A DNA stretch of 64,000 bases from Candidatus Omnitrophota bacterium (GTDB taxonomy: Bacteria > Omnitrophota > Omnitrophia > Omnitrophales > Aquincolibacteriaceae), in assembly GCA_023247035.1 (NCBI GenBank), contig JAHFHG010000005.1, positions 7,515 through 71,514 of the forward strand. Direction: 5' to 3'. This document shows, piece by piece, positions 8,179 to 16,291 of this stretch. The notes under the pieces were generated by a model, which did not search any database, had not been told where the DNA came from, and saw only the letters and a program-made list of their open reading frames with translations. The translations under genes and the position numbers were made by a program. Within the stretch, counting starts at the first letter, position 1. Each line of letters opens with the position of its first letter.

Positions 8179-9825
8179 TCAATCTTCGTGAAGAACGCCG
8201 GCAAGGCCTTTGCCGGCTTTGAGTTCCACAAGCACATAGGGGCCCGGCTTCGAAGAGCGGGGGCGGCGGGTGCGTATTAAAAGGTTGATTCCCTCTCCTT
8301 GGGCAAACCATGCTTCTTCAAGAGGGATCGAAGGATTTTGAGCCGTAAAAGTTTTGATCTTCCGGCCTCGTTTTCCTGTTTTTCGAATGACATCCACCTC
8401 GTAAACGGAACCGTCTTGAGGCTCAAAACCATATTGGACGGCAAGGTCTTTAAAGTTCAGATGATTCCCCTGCAGCTCAAACTGATCCAGAGGATTGGAC
8501 TCCCGGAACCAGTGCTTCGCGATCAGATCGCGCCTTTCGGTTAAGACTTTTGCCAAATATTCGGCGTCTCCGGCCCGGCTCAGCTCGCCGGCTTGAACGA
8601 TCATTTTAATATCTTCATCGGTGAAGGCCGTCATGATTTTTGCAGCCCAAAAGCCGTCTGCCCGCGAAAGGTCTTTAAACGGAAAATACGGAAGCTGGGT
8701 CTTATATTGGGAAGGATCAAAATAGCGGTTATCAAAATAGCCCACGGCCGGGGAGTCGTGAACTTTCTCGCCGGCCTCGCGCCACCTTCTCTGCCAGGGT
8801 TTTTCCCATAACCCCAAACTGAGAAAGGCCTTTGCGGCCGCCCCGTAATCCAAGAAATATTCATGCCCCATGGGCGGAATCTTCGGGCCCTCCGTGGCCG
8901 AACCTAAGGTCATATTAAAATCAATGAGGTAATGCTTCAAAAATGATTTTCCATTTTCCGTGACCAGCATATCCAGCGTATTGCTCTCCCGGACATCGCA
9001 ATTATTCAGCCAGGAGGAAAAAACCTGCAGGGCCCGTATCGAGCGCCTGTCTTTATGATCCACAGGATCTTCAGGATCGTTTTTACGCCTTTTTTGAAAA
9101 CTGAAACTCCCCTTCTTTTCGCCTTTTAAAATTTTACTCGCCGACGCCCTTAACCGCCCCTCGGAATCCAAAGGCAAAAAGAGGATAAACTCTTCCAATT
9201 TATCTGGGGTCAACTTTTTCTTAAAACCCGTGGAGTCGATCACCTTCGCGTTCGGGCCCGGCACGAGTTTCTCCGGCGGGAAAACGACGTTGGTGTATTG
9301 GGGGACATGATAACCCAGGGCGTGATAAAAACGGCTGGCAATGACTTCCGCGCCCGTGGTCAGTTCAAAATAATCCTGCGGATCAAATTTTAGTAAATAC
9401 TCATCGCCCCGGCTGTCCTGAATAAAAAATCCAGGGTGCAGCCCTTCAAATTTGCCGCGGACAATCGTCAAATCGCCGCTTAAATCCGGGCCGTCCGTTT
9501 CGCGCGGACCGTCCTTGAGCTCCTGCGCTGAAAGGCGCTCGCGCCCGTGCCGGTTGACAAAAAACGCGGAATCCGGGACCTCGTCGTAAACATTGACATC
9601 CTTGGCGCGGAGACGTTTGCCGAATAAGGCCCGGTAAAGCCGCTCGAGGTGAAGAAACTGGGTGCCTTCGTAATATAAGTTCTGGTCAAAAACATCGCGG
9701 TAAAGACCTGTTTGATTTTTTTTGAATTCCACGGTCTCCGAGGCATAAACCCCGCGGCAGAGGGCGAAAGAAAAAATCGCGGCAATCAACAAGATGGGCT
9801 TAAAAAGGCGCTCGCGTCTCAACAT
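8179..9825 (-). CDS. secreted atypical kinase-like protein (PI3K/PI4K/HipA-CtkA superfamily catalytic motifs) with Sec signal peptide
   Basis: Signal peptide MLRRERLFKPILLIAAIFSFALCRGVYASE. Gly-rich loop and YLLKF segment; catalytic-loop-like NNCDVRESN (D-x-R-x-x-N) and LIDFNMTLG (IDF[GN]). Aligns with PI3/4K GDRHxDN...HIDFG and HipA GNtDDHlKN. Track ORF begins at 9876; start reassigned to the Met preceding the signal peptide. Confidence 0.45.
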   Translation of the reverse strand: MLRRERLFKPILLIAAIFSFALCRGVYASETVEFKKNQTGLYRDVFDQNLYYEGTQFLHLERLYRALFGKRLRAKDVNVYDEVPDSAFFVNRHGRERLSAQELKDGPRETDGPDLSGDLTIVRGKFEGLHPGFFIQDSRGDEYLLKFDPQDYFELTTGAEVIASRFYHALGYHVPQYTNVVFPPEKLVPGPNAKVIDSTGFKKKLTPDKLEEFILFLPLDSEGRLRASASKILKGEKKGSFSFQKRRKNDPEDPVDHKDRRSIRALQVFSSWLNNCDVRESNTLDMLVTENGKSFLKHYLIDFNMTLGSATEGPKIPPMGHEYFLDYGAAAKAFLSLGLWEKPWQRRWREAGEKVHDSPAVGYFDNRYFDPSQYKTQLPYFPFKDLSRADGFWAAKIMTAFTDEDIKMIVQAGELSRAGDAEYLAKVLTERRDLIAKHWFRESNPLDQFELQGNHLNFKDLAVQYGFEPQDGSVYEVDVIRKTGKRGRKIKTFTAQNPSIPLEEAWFAQGEGINLLIRTRRPRSSKPGPYVLVELKAGKGLAGVLHED

Positions 9826-11158
9826 AGAAATTTGTCCCTTCGTCGCCGTGGGCCCACTCCAATCCCAAGACGGCATGATTTAGAATGCTGATGCGGAATC
9901 CCAAGCCGTAGGACTCCTTGAAATCTTTGAACTGAAAATCCGAAAAGTCCCGAAACACCTGGCCCTCGTCCCAAAAAAGAACCGTATCGAGCTTCCAGTC
10001 TTTGTACTCCCAAATCGTATAACGGTATTCGAGGTTCAACAGCGCGTCGCTCTCGGCAAAAAATCTATTTTGAGCAAAGCCGCGCAGAGTCTGGCTTACG
10101 GAAGGATAAGCGCCGTAACCGCCCAGCTTAGCCATTTGATGAAAAGGGACGTCGCGGCCGGACAGTTCATTATTGTGCTCCCCGTGAAACCGAAGGGCAA
10201 GGACTCGGCGCGCGGAGCCTAAAGTGAAATAACGGCTTGCATCGGCTTCGTATTTGAAATAGCGCGCGGTCGAATTCCCAAGGCCTTCATTAAAATTGAA
10301 TCCCAGGCGCAGGCGCCCTCCCGCGGTCGAATTCTCCCGCTGGTTTCTCGTATCCCAGACAAACTCCGGCCCGATTGAAAGGAGTTCATCGCCGCTTAAA
10401 CCCGGAATAGACCCTGAAGAAAAGATGCGGTCGATAATCCCTCTGCCGCCGTCTTCGCCGTTTGTAATGTTAATGTTCCGGTAGGAAAATTTTAAGTCTC
10501 CGGAAAGCAAAGGATGCGGGGCATAGCCTACGTTTGCGCTGAGCGTTGTCGCCTCTAATTTATAGGATGTCCCGTCGCCCCGGCTTGTGTTTGGCCCGAT
10601 CCCGTGAAAATACTCCTCCGGACGGGATTCGTAGTTAAAAATCCCAAACGCGCGGAAGCCCGTGCCCCCGATACGCTCCAGCCCCGCTTTGGAACCCACC
10701 TCGAAAATCGACCGGTGCGCGTAAGAGGTCCAGCCCTGAACGATCAGGTCCGGGAAATGTGTTTTTTGCTGCGCCATACGGACAAAATCAAATTTTGTCC
10801 CGTTGTTGTTGAGGCCTATTTTGGGCGTAATTCCAAAATCCTGAATTTTCTCGTAGAGGTAGATGGTCTTTTCATACAAGTGTTCTTTCTCAACAAAAAC
10901 AAGGCCCTGGTCGACGGGCCATTTGATGAGTTCAAAAGGATAGACGAGAAAATGAGTAAGGGCATTTTGAGTCGAAGATTCCGGAGCCGGCTCCTTTTTG
11001 AAAATGGCGCCGTAGCGGTCGTAGCTTGCTTGCTCAGCCCAAGCTTGCAAGGAAATCCCCGCCAAGAAAAATCCCAGAAATCCGGCCGCAATTCGAGTGA
11101 AAACTGGGGTAGGTTTCAAAAGACGTGGCATAAGTGTTTCTTTATTACGGCTAGTCAT
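9800..11158 (-). CDS. Omp85-family (bacterial surface antigen D15-type) outer-membrane beta-barrel without recognisable POTRA domains
   Basis: C-terminal Omp85 barrel signature (NLEYRY...VLFWDEGQVF...YGLGFRI...LEWAHGDEGTNFYVETRAPF, terminal Phe); N-terminal signal-like hydrophobic segment; about 150 aa N-terminal region with no POTRA-like pattern. Confidence 0.55.
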   Translation of the reverse strand: MTSRNKETLMPRLLKPTPVFTRIAAGFLGFFLAGISLQAWAEQASYDRYGAIFKKEPAPESSTQNALTHFLVYPFELIKWPVDQGLVFVEKEHLYEKTIYLYEKIQDFGITPKIGLNNNGTKFDFVRMAQQKTHFPDLIVQGWTSYAHRSIFEVGSKAGLERIGGTGFRAFGIFNYESRPEEYFHGIGPNTSRGDGTSYKLEATTLSANVGYAPHPLLSGDLKFSYRNINITNGEDGGRGIIDRIFSSGSIPGLSGDELLSIGPEFVWDTRNQRENSTAGGRLRLGFNFNEGLGNSTARYFKYEADASRYFTLGSARRVLALRFHGEHNNELSGRDVPFHQMAKLGGYGAYPSVSQTLRGFAQNRFFAESDALLNLEYRYTIWEYKDWKLDTVLFWDEGQVFRDFSDFQFKDFKESYGLGFRISILNHAVLGLEWAHGDEGTNFYVETRAPF

Positions 11159-11167
11159 TCTTTTTTC

Positions 11168-13597
11168 TTAACTTCCAAGAATTTCGTGGAAACGCGGCTC
11201 ACGTTTGATCTTTTCAAGCTGCGGCCAGTTGCGGTTCCATTGGAGTTCGGAAACCACAAAAATTCCGATCAGGGAAAACCAGCGGTCTTCAAAACCGGCC
11301 AGCCCTTCGAGAATCCCCACAGCCTCCTCTTCTTCCGTAGACGAACTGTTGGGCTCCAAAACGCTCCCTAAAATGAGAAGGACGTCCGGCTCCACGGTGT
11401 TGGACAAAAGCTCGACGGCCTGCTGGCGGACAGGGTCGGATTCCGGGTGCTCCACAATCCAGGCGTGGATGTTGTGCATCATTTCGAGAGGGTACAAGAG
11501 ATCCAGGTAATGAAAAAGGCGTTCCAGGCTTTCGTCTAAAACGGTTTTGAGCGCCACCCTTAAGTACTTCGGATTCCCGCTCTTGGTTTGACGGTCATAA
11601 AAAAAAATCAATTTTTGAAAATTCTTATAAATTTTCACTTCGCGCGCGATCTCTGTTTTGATGGAAGCCGGGTTGATGGCCAGTTTCGGATCTTTTTCGT
11701 GCATCTGATCCAGCGCTTTTGCGATCACAAACCGGAATGCGTGATCCTGGGTTTCGCTGGAAAGCTTCAGAAGCAGGTCGAGAGCCTCCTGCTTGACGAT
11801 AAATCCCAGCAGCCGCACGGCTCTGCGTTTGGCATCCAGCCCTTCTTGCCGGTTTTCCAGGATTTTTTCCAATTGGTTTAAAATTTCCTGCGGGCCGCTT
11901 TGAAGATAATCCTTCCAGGCCGCCCGATTCAAAGCCTCCGGCCGTCCGTTTAAGAAAACGCGGTGGATGAAAAACCAATAATCATCGTGCGTCAGTTCAT
12001 CCTCAAGGCTGTTTAGGCTCTGATGAACCTGGAAGGCCTCTTCGCGGATCATCCGCTCCACCAGCCGCCTGGCCGAAGCCAGGTTCTGCGATCTCGTGTA
12101 AGCGAGGCAGGCCGTGGCCGCAATTTTTCGGGTATAAGAAGAAGGGTGGTTGATCAGAAATTGTATTTGATGCCAATTTTTTTCATCGTAAAGAAAACTC
12201 AGGACGTCGGTGGCCCGCTGGGCCTTGACGACTTCGGTGTGCGGCCAGCGGTGAAGCAGATGATGGCGCAAGAGATCGGAATAATTTTTACGCATTTGCC
12301 AGGCTAGGAAAAACCAAAGCGGCATCAACGTCAAAACCAGGATGCCGAGCCGTTCATCGCTAAGGCCCAAAAACGGCGCGGCAACGGCAATGTAAAGGCC
12401 GCCCAAGGTTTTTGCGCCTCGGAAACCCAGCATATCGATAATCGGTTTAACCCGGCGCCTGAGCGAACTTGAAAGAGGAAGAAACAGGACTTCCTTACTG
12501 GCCTGCTGAATGGAATAGTTAACGCTTCCGTCGAACGTTTTAAGAAGCAGGCTCGGAATCAGGAGCGCGGGAGAAAGAAAACTGAAAATAGAAAACGCGG
12601 CCAGCCCCAGCGGGAGCAGTTGAAGGGAAAATCCTATTCCAAGATACCGCAGACAAAGGCTGGTCAAAAAAAGCTGGATCAATAAAGAAACGCCGTTCAA
12701 AGAGGCCATAAATCCGCCCAGAAAAGCGGTCCGGTCGTCTTTGCCTAGAATCGCCAGCTCGACGCTGCGGCTGAATTGATTGTCAATAATCGTCGAGGCA
12801 ATCTTGGCGATTATGACGATCAAAGCAAGCATGATCAGGTAAGACGAACGGCGGACAATTTGAGGCCGCGCAGGATTCATCAAGGTAACCGTGAAGTCCG
12901 ACGAGTTCGCAGCTTGGCGCCTCTTCTCCCGGGGGTCGGGTGACTTGCCTGGGGAAGGATCGGAAGGCGCGGCGTCCATCCAATCCCGCGCCGGGACTTT
13001 TTTCCAGATCAAAAAGTTCAGGATCCCGCACAAGAAAAGAAGGCCGGCGACTCCTAAAAGCAAATCCTCCGTCTTCAGCCAGCGCACGGCGGCCTGCGTA
13101 AAAAAACCGCCCATCACTCCTCCGAGGGAGCCGCCGCTGATGATCAATCCAAAAAGACGTTTGGCCTCCGCCGGATTGAAAATATCATTGGCGAGGATCC
13201 AGAACTGCGTGGTCATCGTAATCGAAAAAGAAGCGACCCAGACATAAAAGAATGCGGAAAGATACGGCGTGTTCCGCCGGAACAAAAACCAGAAAATAAG
13301 AAGATTCGAGATAAAAAATGCGGGCACCAAAACGGAAAAGATATTTTTAGGAATGCGTTTGGATAAATAAACGTAAACCGCCACAACAAGAATAAGAAAA
13401 AATCCTTCGCCCATATACATAAACCGCAAATTCTGGGCGCCCAGCTCGGTCAAAAAAAGCGAGCTTCGCACAGGTTTGAGGATATAGATCAGGGCAATGA
13501 TCAGAAAAAAGCTGCAGAACATAAGGAACGTTTTTTTGCGTTCCCCGGGATGGATGTCGACAAACGCGCCCAGCAGCCGGCGCAGGAGTTGGGGCAT
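11168..13597 (-). CDS. TLC/AAA-family nucleotide (ATP/ADP) transporter-like permease fused to C-terminal HEAT-repeat domain
   Basis: N-terminal ~450 aa with 12 predicted TM helices and the TLC signature FW.LAN.I....EAKR.FG (FWILANDIFNPAEAKRLFGLI) matching Rickettsia/Chlamydia Tlc; C-terminal ~350 aa of alpha-helical HEAT/ARM-like repeats. Confidence 0.65.
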   Translation of the reverse strand: MPQLLRRLLGAFVDIHPGERKKTFLMFCSFFLIIALIYILKPVRSSLFLTELGAQNLRFMYMGEGFFLILVVAVYVYLSKRIPKNIFSVLVPAFFISNLLIFWFLFRRNTPYLSAFFYVWVASFSITMTTQFWILANDIFNPAEAKRLFGLIISGGSLGGVMGGFFTQAAVRWLKTEDLLLGVAGLLFLCGILNFLIWKKVPARDWMDAAPSDPSPGKSPDPREKRRQAANSSDFTVTLMNPARPQIVRRSSYLIMLALIVIIAKIASTIIDNQFSRSVELAILGKDDRTAFLGGFMASLNGVSLLIQLFLTSLCLRYLGIGFSLQLLPLGLAAFSIFSFLSPALLIPSLLLKTFDGSVNYSIQQASKEVLFLPLSSSLRRRVKPIIDMLGFRGAKTLGGLYIAVAAPFLGLSDERLGILVLTLMPLWFFLAWQMRKNYSDLLRHHLLHRWPHTEVVKAQRATDVLSFLYDEKNWHQIQFLINHPSSYTRKIAATACLAYTRSQNLASARRLVERMIREEAFQVHQSLNSLEDELTHDDYWFFIHRVFLNGRPEALNRAAWKDYLQSGPQEILNQLEKILENRQEGLDAKRRAVRLLGFIVKQEALDLLLKLSSETQDHAFRFVIAKALDQMHEKDPKLAINPASIKTEIAREVKIYKNFQKLIFFYDRQTKSGNPKYLRVALKTVLDESLERLFHYLDLLYPLEMMHNIHAWIVEHPESDPVRQQAVELLSNTVEPDVLLILGSVLEPNSSSTEEEEAVGILEGLAGFEDRWFSLIGIFVVSELQWNRNWPQLEKIKREPRFHEILGS

Positions 13598-14002
13598 CTA
13601 AAAAAGCCCGCCGCTTTCATCGCTCACCCCAAAGGCATTATCGATGAAACGCACTTGCGGTTCTCCCTGATTCCAAAGGATCGCTAAAACGGCAAATGAG
13701 ACGGGCATTTTTTCCAATTTTTTCTCTTTCCTAAACCATTCGGCAAGATGGATCAATTTCTTTTGTTTGACAAGGCCCACGGCCTCCTCCGGCCTCCCGC
13801 GCTCCGGGGAGTTTCGCGTCTTCACTTCAATGAAGAAAAGCCGTCTGTTTTTTTGGGCGACGGCGTCGATCTCTCCGATCTTGCACCGGTAATTTTTTTC
13901 CAAAATTTTAAAGCCCGCGCGCACCAGATAACCCCAGGCAATCATTTCCCCGCGCCTGCCCAAAGAAAGCTGAAAAGGCTCTTCCCGAGGCTGGAGCTTC
14001 AT
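13598..14002 (-). CDS. yraN: YraN-family (UPF0102) endonuclease
   Basis: GE.IA..YL...G..IL.KN.R...GEIDAVA......F.EVKTR pattern; canonical position downstream of rnhB. Confidence 0.75.
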   Translation of the reverse strand: MKLQPREEPFQLSLGRRGEMIAWGYLVRAGFKILEKNYRCKIGEIDAVAQKNRRLFFIEVKTRNSPERGRPEEAVGLVKQKKLIHLAEWFRKEKKLEKMPVSFAVLAILWNQGEPQVRFIDNAFGVSDESGGLF

Positions 14003-14790
14003 CGAGACTCTTTCTCAACAAAAAAACTGCGGACGGGTGAAAAGCTTTTCCGGTGGACCGGCGAAGGGCCGATTTTTTGAATCATTCGTAAATGCCTCGG
14101 CGTCGGGTAGCCTTTGTGATTTTTAAAATCATAGGCGGGATACAGTTCATCGAGGTGGCGCATCCAGGCGTCCCTATAGACCTTTGCAACAACGGAGGCA
14201 GCGGCAATGACTGCGGATTTTCCGTCTCCTCCGACAAGGGTCTGTTGAGTTAACGGGAGATCGATTCTGGCATTCCCGTCGATCAGCAATACGTCCGGAG
14301 TTCGAGATAGAGAAAGCACCGCCCGCTTCATGGCAAGGCGGCTTGCTTGGAAAATATTCAGGCGGTCAATCTGCTCTTCATCCACGACCCCGACACCGAT
14401 CAGCGCGATTTTCAAAATGGCTTGAAAAAGGATCTCGCGCCGCCGGGCCGGCAATTGTTTGGAATCATTGAGCCCTTGCAAGGCCCCAAGAAGGCTGTTC
14501 GTTCGGATGAAAATAACCGCGGCGGCCACCACCGGGCCGGCTAGAGGGCCTCGGCCGGCCTCATCGACGCCTGCGAACCGGCCGGTCGATTTCGCGGCGA
14601 GGAGAGAATCAAAGCGAAGAAGACGCGCAGTCGTCGACGTGTCCAAAAAATCGGGGCCTTTTAATTTTGAAAGAGAGATTCGTTCACTGAGACTTGTTGT
14701 TCTACGTATTGCTGATGCGGAAAACCGCTGCCCCAGGCTAAAGCCGGCGGCGCGCTTTGGGCCGTTGCGGCGTATTGCAATACGCCGCAA
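13999..14790 (-). CDS. rnhB: ribonuclease HII
   Basis: AGVDEAGRGPLAGPVV catalytic motif; the N-terminal ~45 aa of the track ORF are atypical, so the true start is probably a downstream non-ATG codon. Confidence 0.85.
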   Translation of the reverse strand: MRRIAIRRNGPKRAAGFSLGQRFSASAIRRTTSLSERISLSKLKGPDFLDTSTTARLLRFDSLLAAKSTGRFAGVDEAGRGPLAGPVVAAAVIFIRTNSLLGALQGLNDSKQLPARRREILFQAILKIALIGVGVVDEEQIDRLNIFQASRLAMKRAVLSLSRTPDVLLIDGNARIDLPLTQQTLVGGDGKSAVIAAASVVAKVYRDAWMRHLDELYPAYDFKNHKGYPTPRHLRMIQKIGPSPVHRKSFSPVRSFFVEKESR

Positions 14791-14813
14791 GCAAACCCTT
14801 GGTTTATAGAAAA

Positions 14814-15131
14814 CTATTTCGCTTTCAAATAATAAAGTTTGGCACGCCGCGCCTTCCCTTTGCGGCTGACGGCGATTTTTTCAACGCTGGGCGAATACAA
14901 GGGGAAATGTTTCTCCACAATATCCCCGTGCGTTTCCTTAAGAACCGTAAAGCTGGCTCCGGCTCCGGTCCCCCGGCGGCGGATGCAGATACCCTCGAAG
15001 ATCTGGGTGCGGGTCTTGTCCCCTTCCTTGACGCGGATATGAACCTTGAGCGTGTCCCCTACTTTAAACGCGGGGATCTCTTTTGTGCAGAATTCTTTCT
15101 CAACAAATTGAATGGCTTCCCTTGCTTTCAC
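14814..15131 (-). CDS. rplS: 50S ribosomal protein L19
   Basis: 105 aa, conserved L19 sequence. Confidence 0.9.
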   Translation of the reverse strand: MKAREAIQFVEKEFCTKEIPAFKVGDTLKVHIRVKEGDKTRTQIFEGICIRRRGTGAGASFTVLKETHGDIVEKHFPLYSPSVEKIAVSRKGKARRAKLYYLKAK

Positions 15132-15868
15132 AGATTAGTCTCCTTCTTGATTAAAGTAATTTTTTCCATCAGATCCGGCCGCTTTTTCCGGGTGATCTGC
15201 CGGGAAACCGTTTGACGCCACTTTTCCACTTCCCGGTGATTTCCAGAAGCGAGAATTTCCGGCACTTCCCACCCCCTGAATTTGCGCGGCCGTGTGTATT
15301 GCGGGTACTCCAGATATCCGTGCTGAAAACTTTCCTCTTTAAGAGAGTCTCGATTTCCTAAAACGCCGGGGACAAACCGGATCACGGCTTCCATAAGACA
15401 AAGGGCCGGCGCCTCCCCTCCCATCGTTACAAAATCGCCGACGGATACAACCTGGTCCGCAAGGCGTTCCTGGACGCGGTAATCCACGCCTTCATAATGC
15501 CCGCAAATCAGGATCAAACGCTTCCGCCGCGAGAGCTCTTTGGCCAGTTTCGGGGTTAAGGACTCTCCGCCGGCATCCAGGAGCACGACCCATCCGAGGC
15601 CGCCCGCGCTTTTTAATCCCGGTTTCTTCTCTTTAGCCTGAAGGGCCTCGACACACTCAAAAATGGGCTCAGGTTTCATCACCATTCCGGGACCTCCGCC
15701 GAACGGTTTGTCGTCCACGGTTTTGTGTCTGTCCCGGGTGTGATCCCGCAGATTATGGATCCGGATTTCGACGCGGCCGTTTTGCCGCGCGCGTTTGACG
15801 AGAGACTCCTCAAGCGGCCCCTCAAAAAAATCCGGAAATATCGTCAGCACATCAATCTGAAAGGCCAT
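15128..15868 (-). CDS. trmD: tRNA (guanine37-N1)-methyltransferase
   Basis: 246 aa, SPOUT TrmD core; overlaps rplS start by 4 nt. Confidence 0.9.
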   Translation of the reverse strand: MAFQIDVLTIFPDFFEGPLEESLVKRARQNGRVEIRIHNLRDHTRDRHKTVDDKPFGGGPGMVMKPEPIFECVEALQAKEKKPGLKSAGGLGWVVLLDAGGESLTPKLAKELSRRKRLILICGHYEGVDYRVQERLADQVVSVGDFVTMGGEAPALCLMEAVIRFVPGVLGNRDSLKEESFQHGYLEYPQYTRPRKFRGWEVPEILASGNHREVEKWRQTVSRQITRKKRPDLMEKITLIKKETNL

Positions 15869-15880
15869 TTCAATGACCCT

Positions 15881-16132
15881 TCAAACTTTTTTCAGCCTCT
15901 TGGCGCGCTTCAAAAGACTCCGAAGAGCACTGCTCAACTGAGCCCCTTGCTTGAGCCAATAGTCCAGCCGCTCTTTATTGACCTCGAACTTTTCATCGGC
16001 GGGAAGCGGATCGTAAGACCCGATCTCTTCGATAAACCGGCCGTCGCGCGGCATCTTTGCGTCGCTGACCACAATGCGCCACTGCTGGCGGTTTTTGGTC
16101 CCAAAACGTTTTAATCGAATATGGACAGCCAA
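15881..16132 (-). CDS. rpsP: 30S ribosomal protein S16
   Basis: 83 aa, S16 N-terminal consensus; TTG start with GGAGG RBS 5 nt upstream. Confidence 0.85.
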   Translation of the reverse strand: MAVHIRLKRFGTKNRQQWRIVVSDAKMPRDGRFIEEIGSYDPLPADEKFEVNKERLDYWLKQGAQLSSALRSLLKRAKRLKKV

Positions 16133-16291
16133 GTCAAACCTCCTTCATTAAGGTTAAGCACGAAATTTGAATCTCGAAATTCGAGTTTTCAAAATTTGGT
16201 TTATTAGAACTCAAGCTAGAATTTATTTCGTATTTCGCCTGCCTGCCGCCCGGAAGGGCCGGGATTTCGTGTTTCGTATTTTGCATTTCCA

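Noticed and set aside
10604-11371. 255-aa plus-strand ORF
   Set aside because: Lies entirely antisense to the Omp85 and TLC genes. The product is low-complexity (Arg/Pro-rich) with no recognisable domain. It looks like a typical GC-rich antisense ORF.
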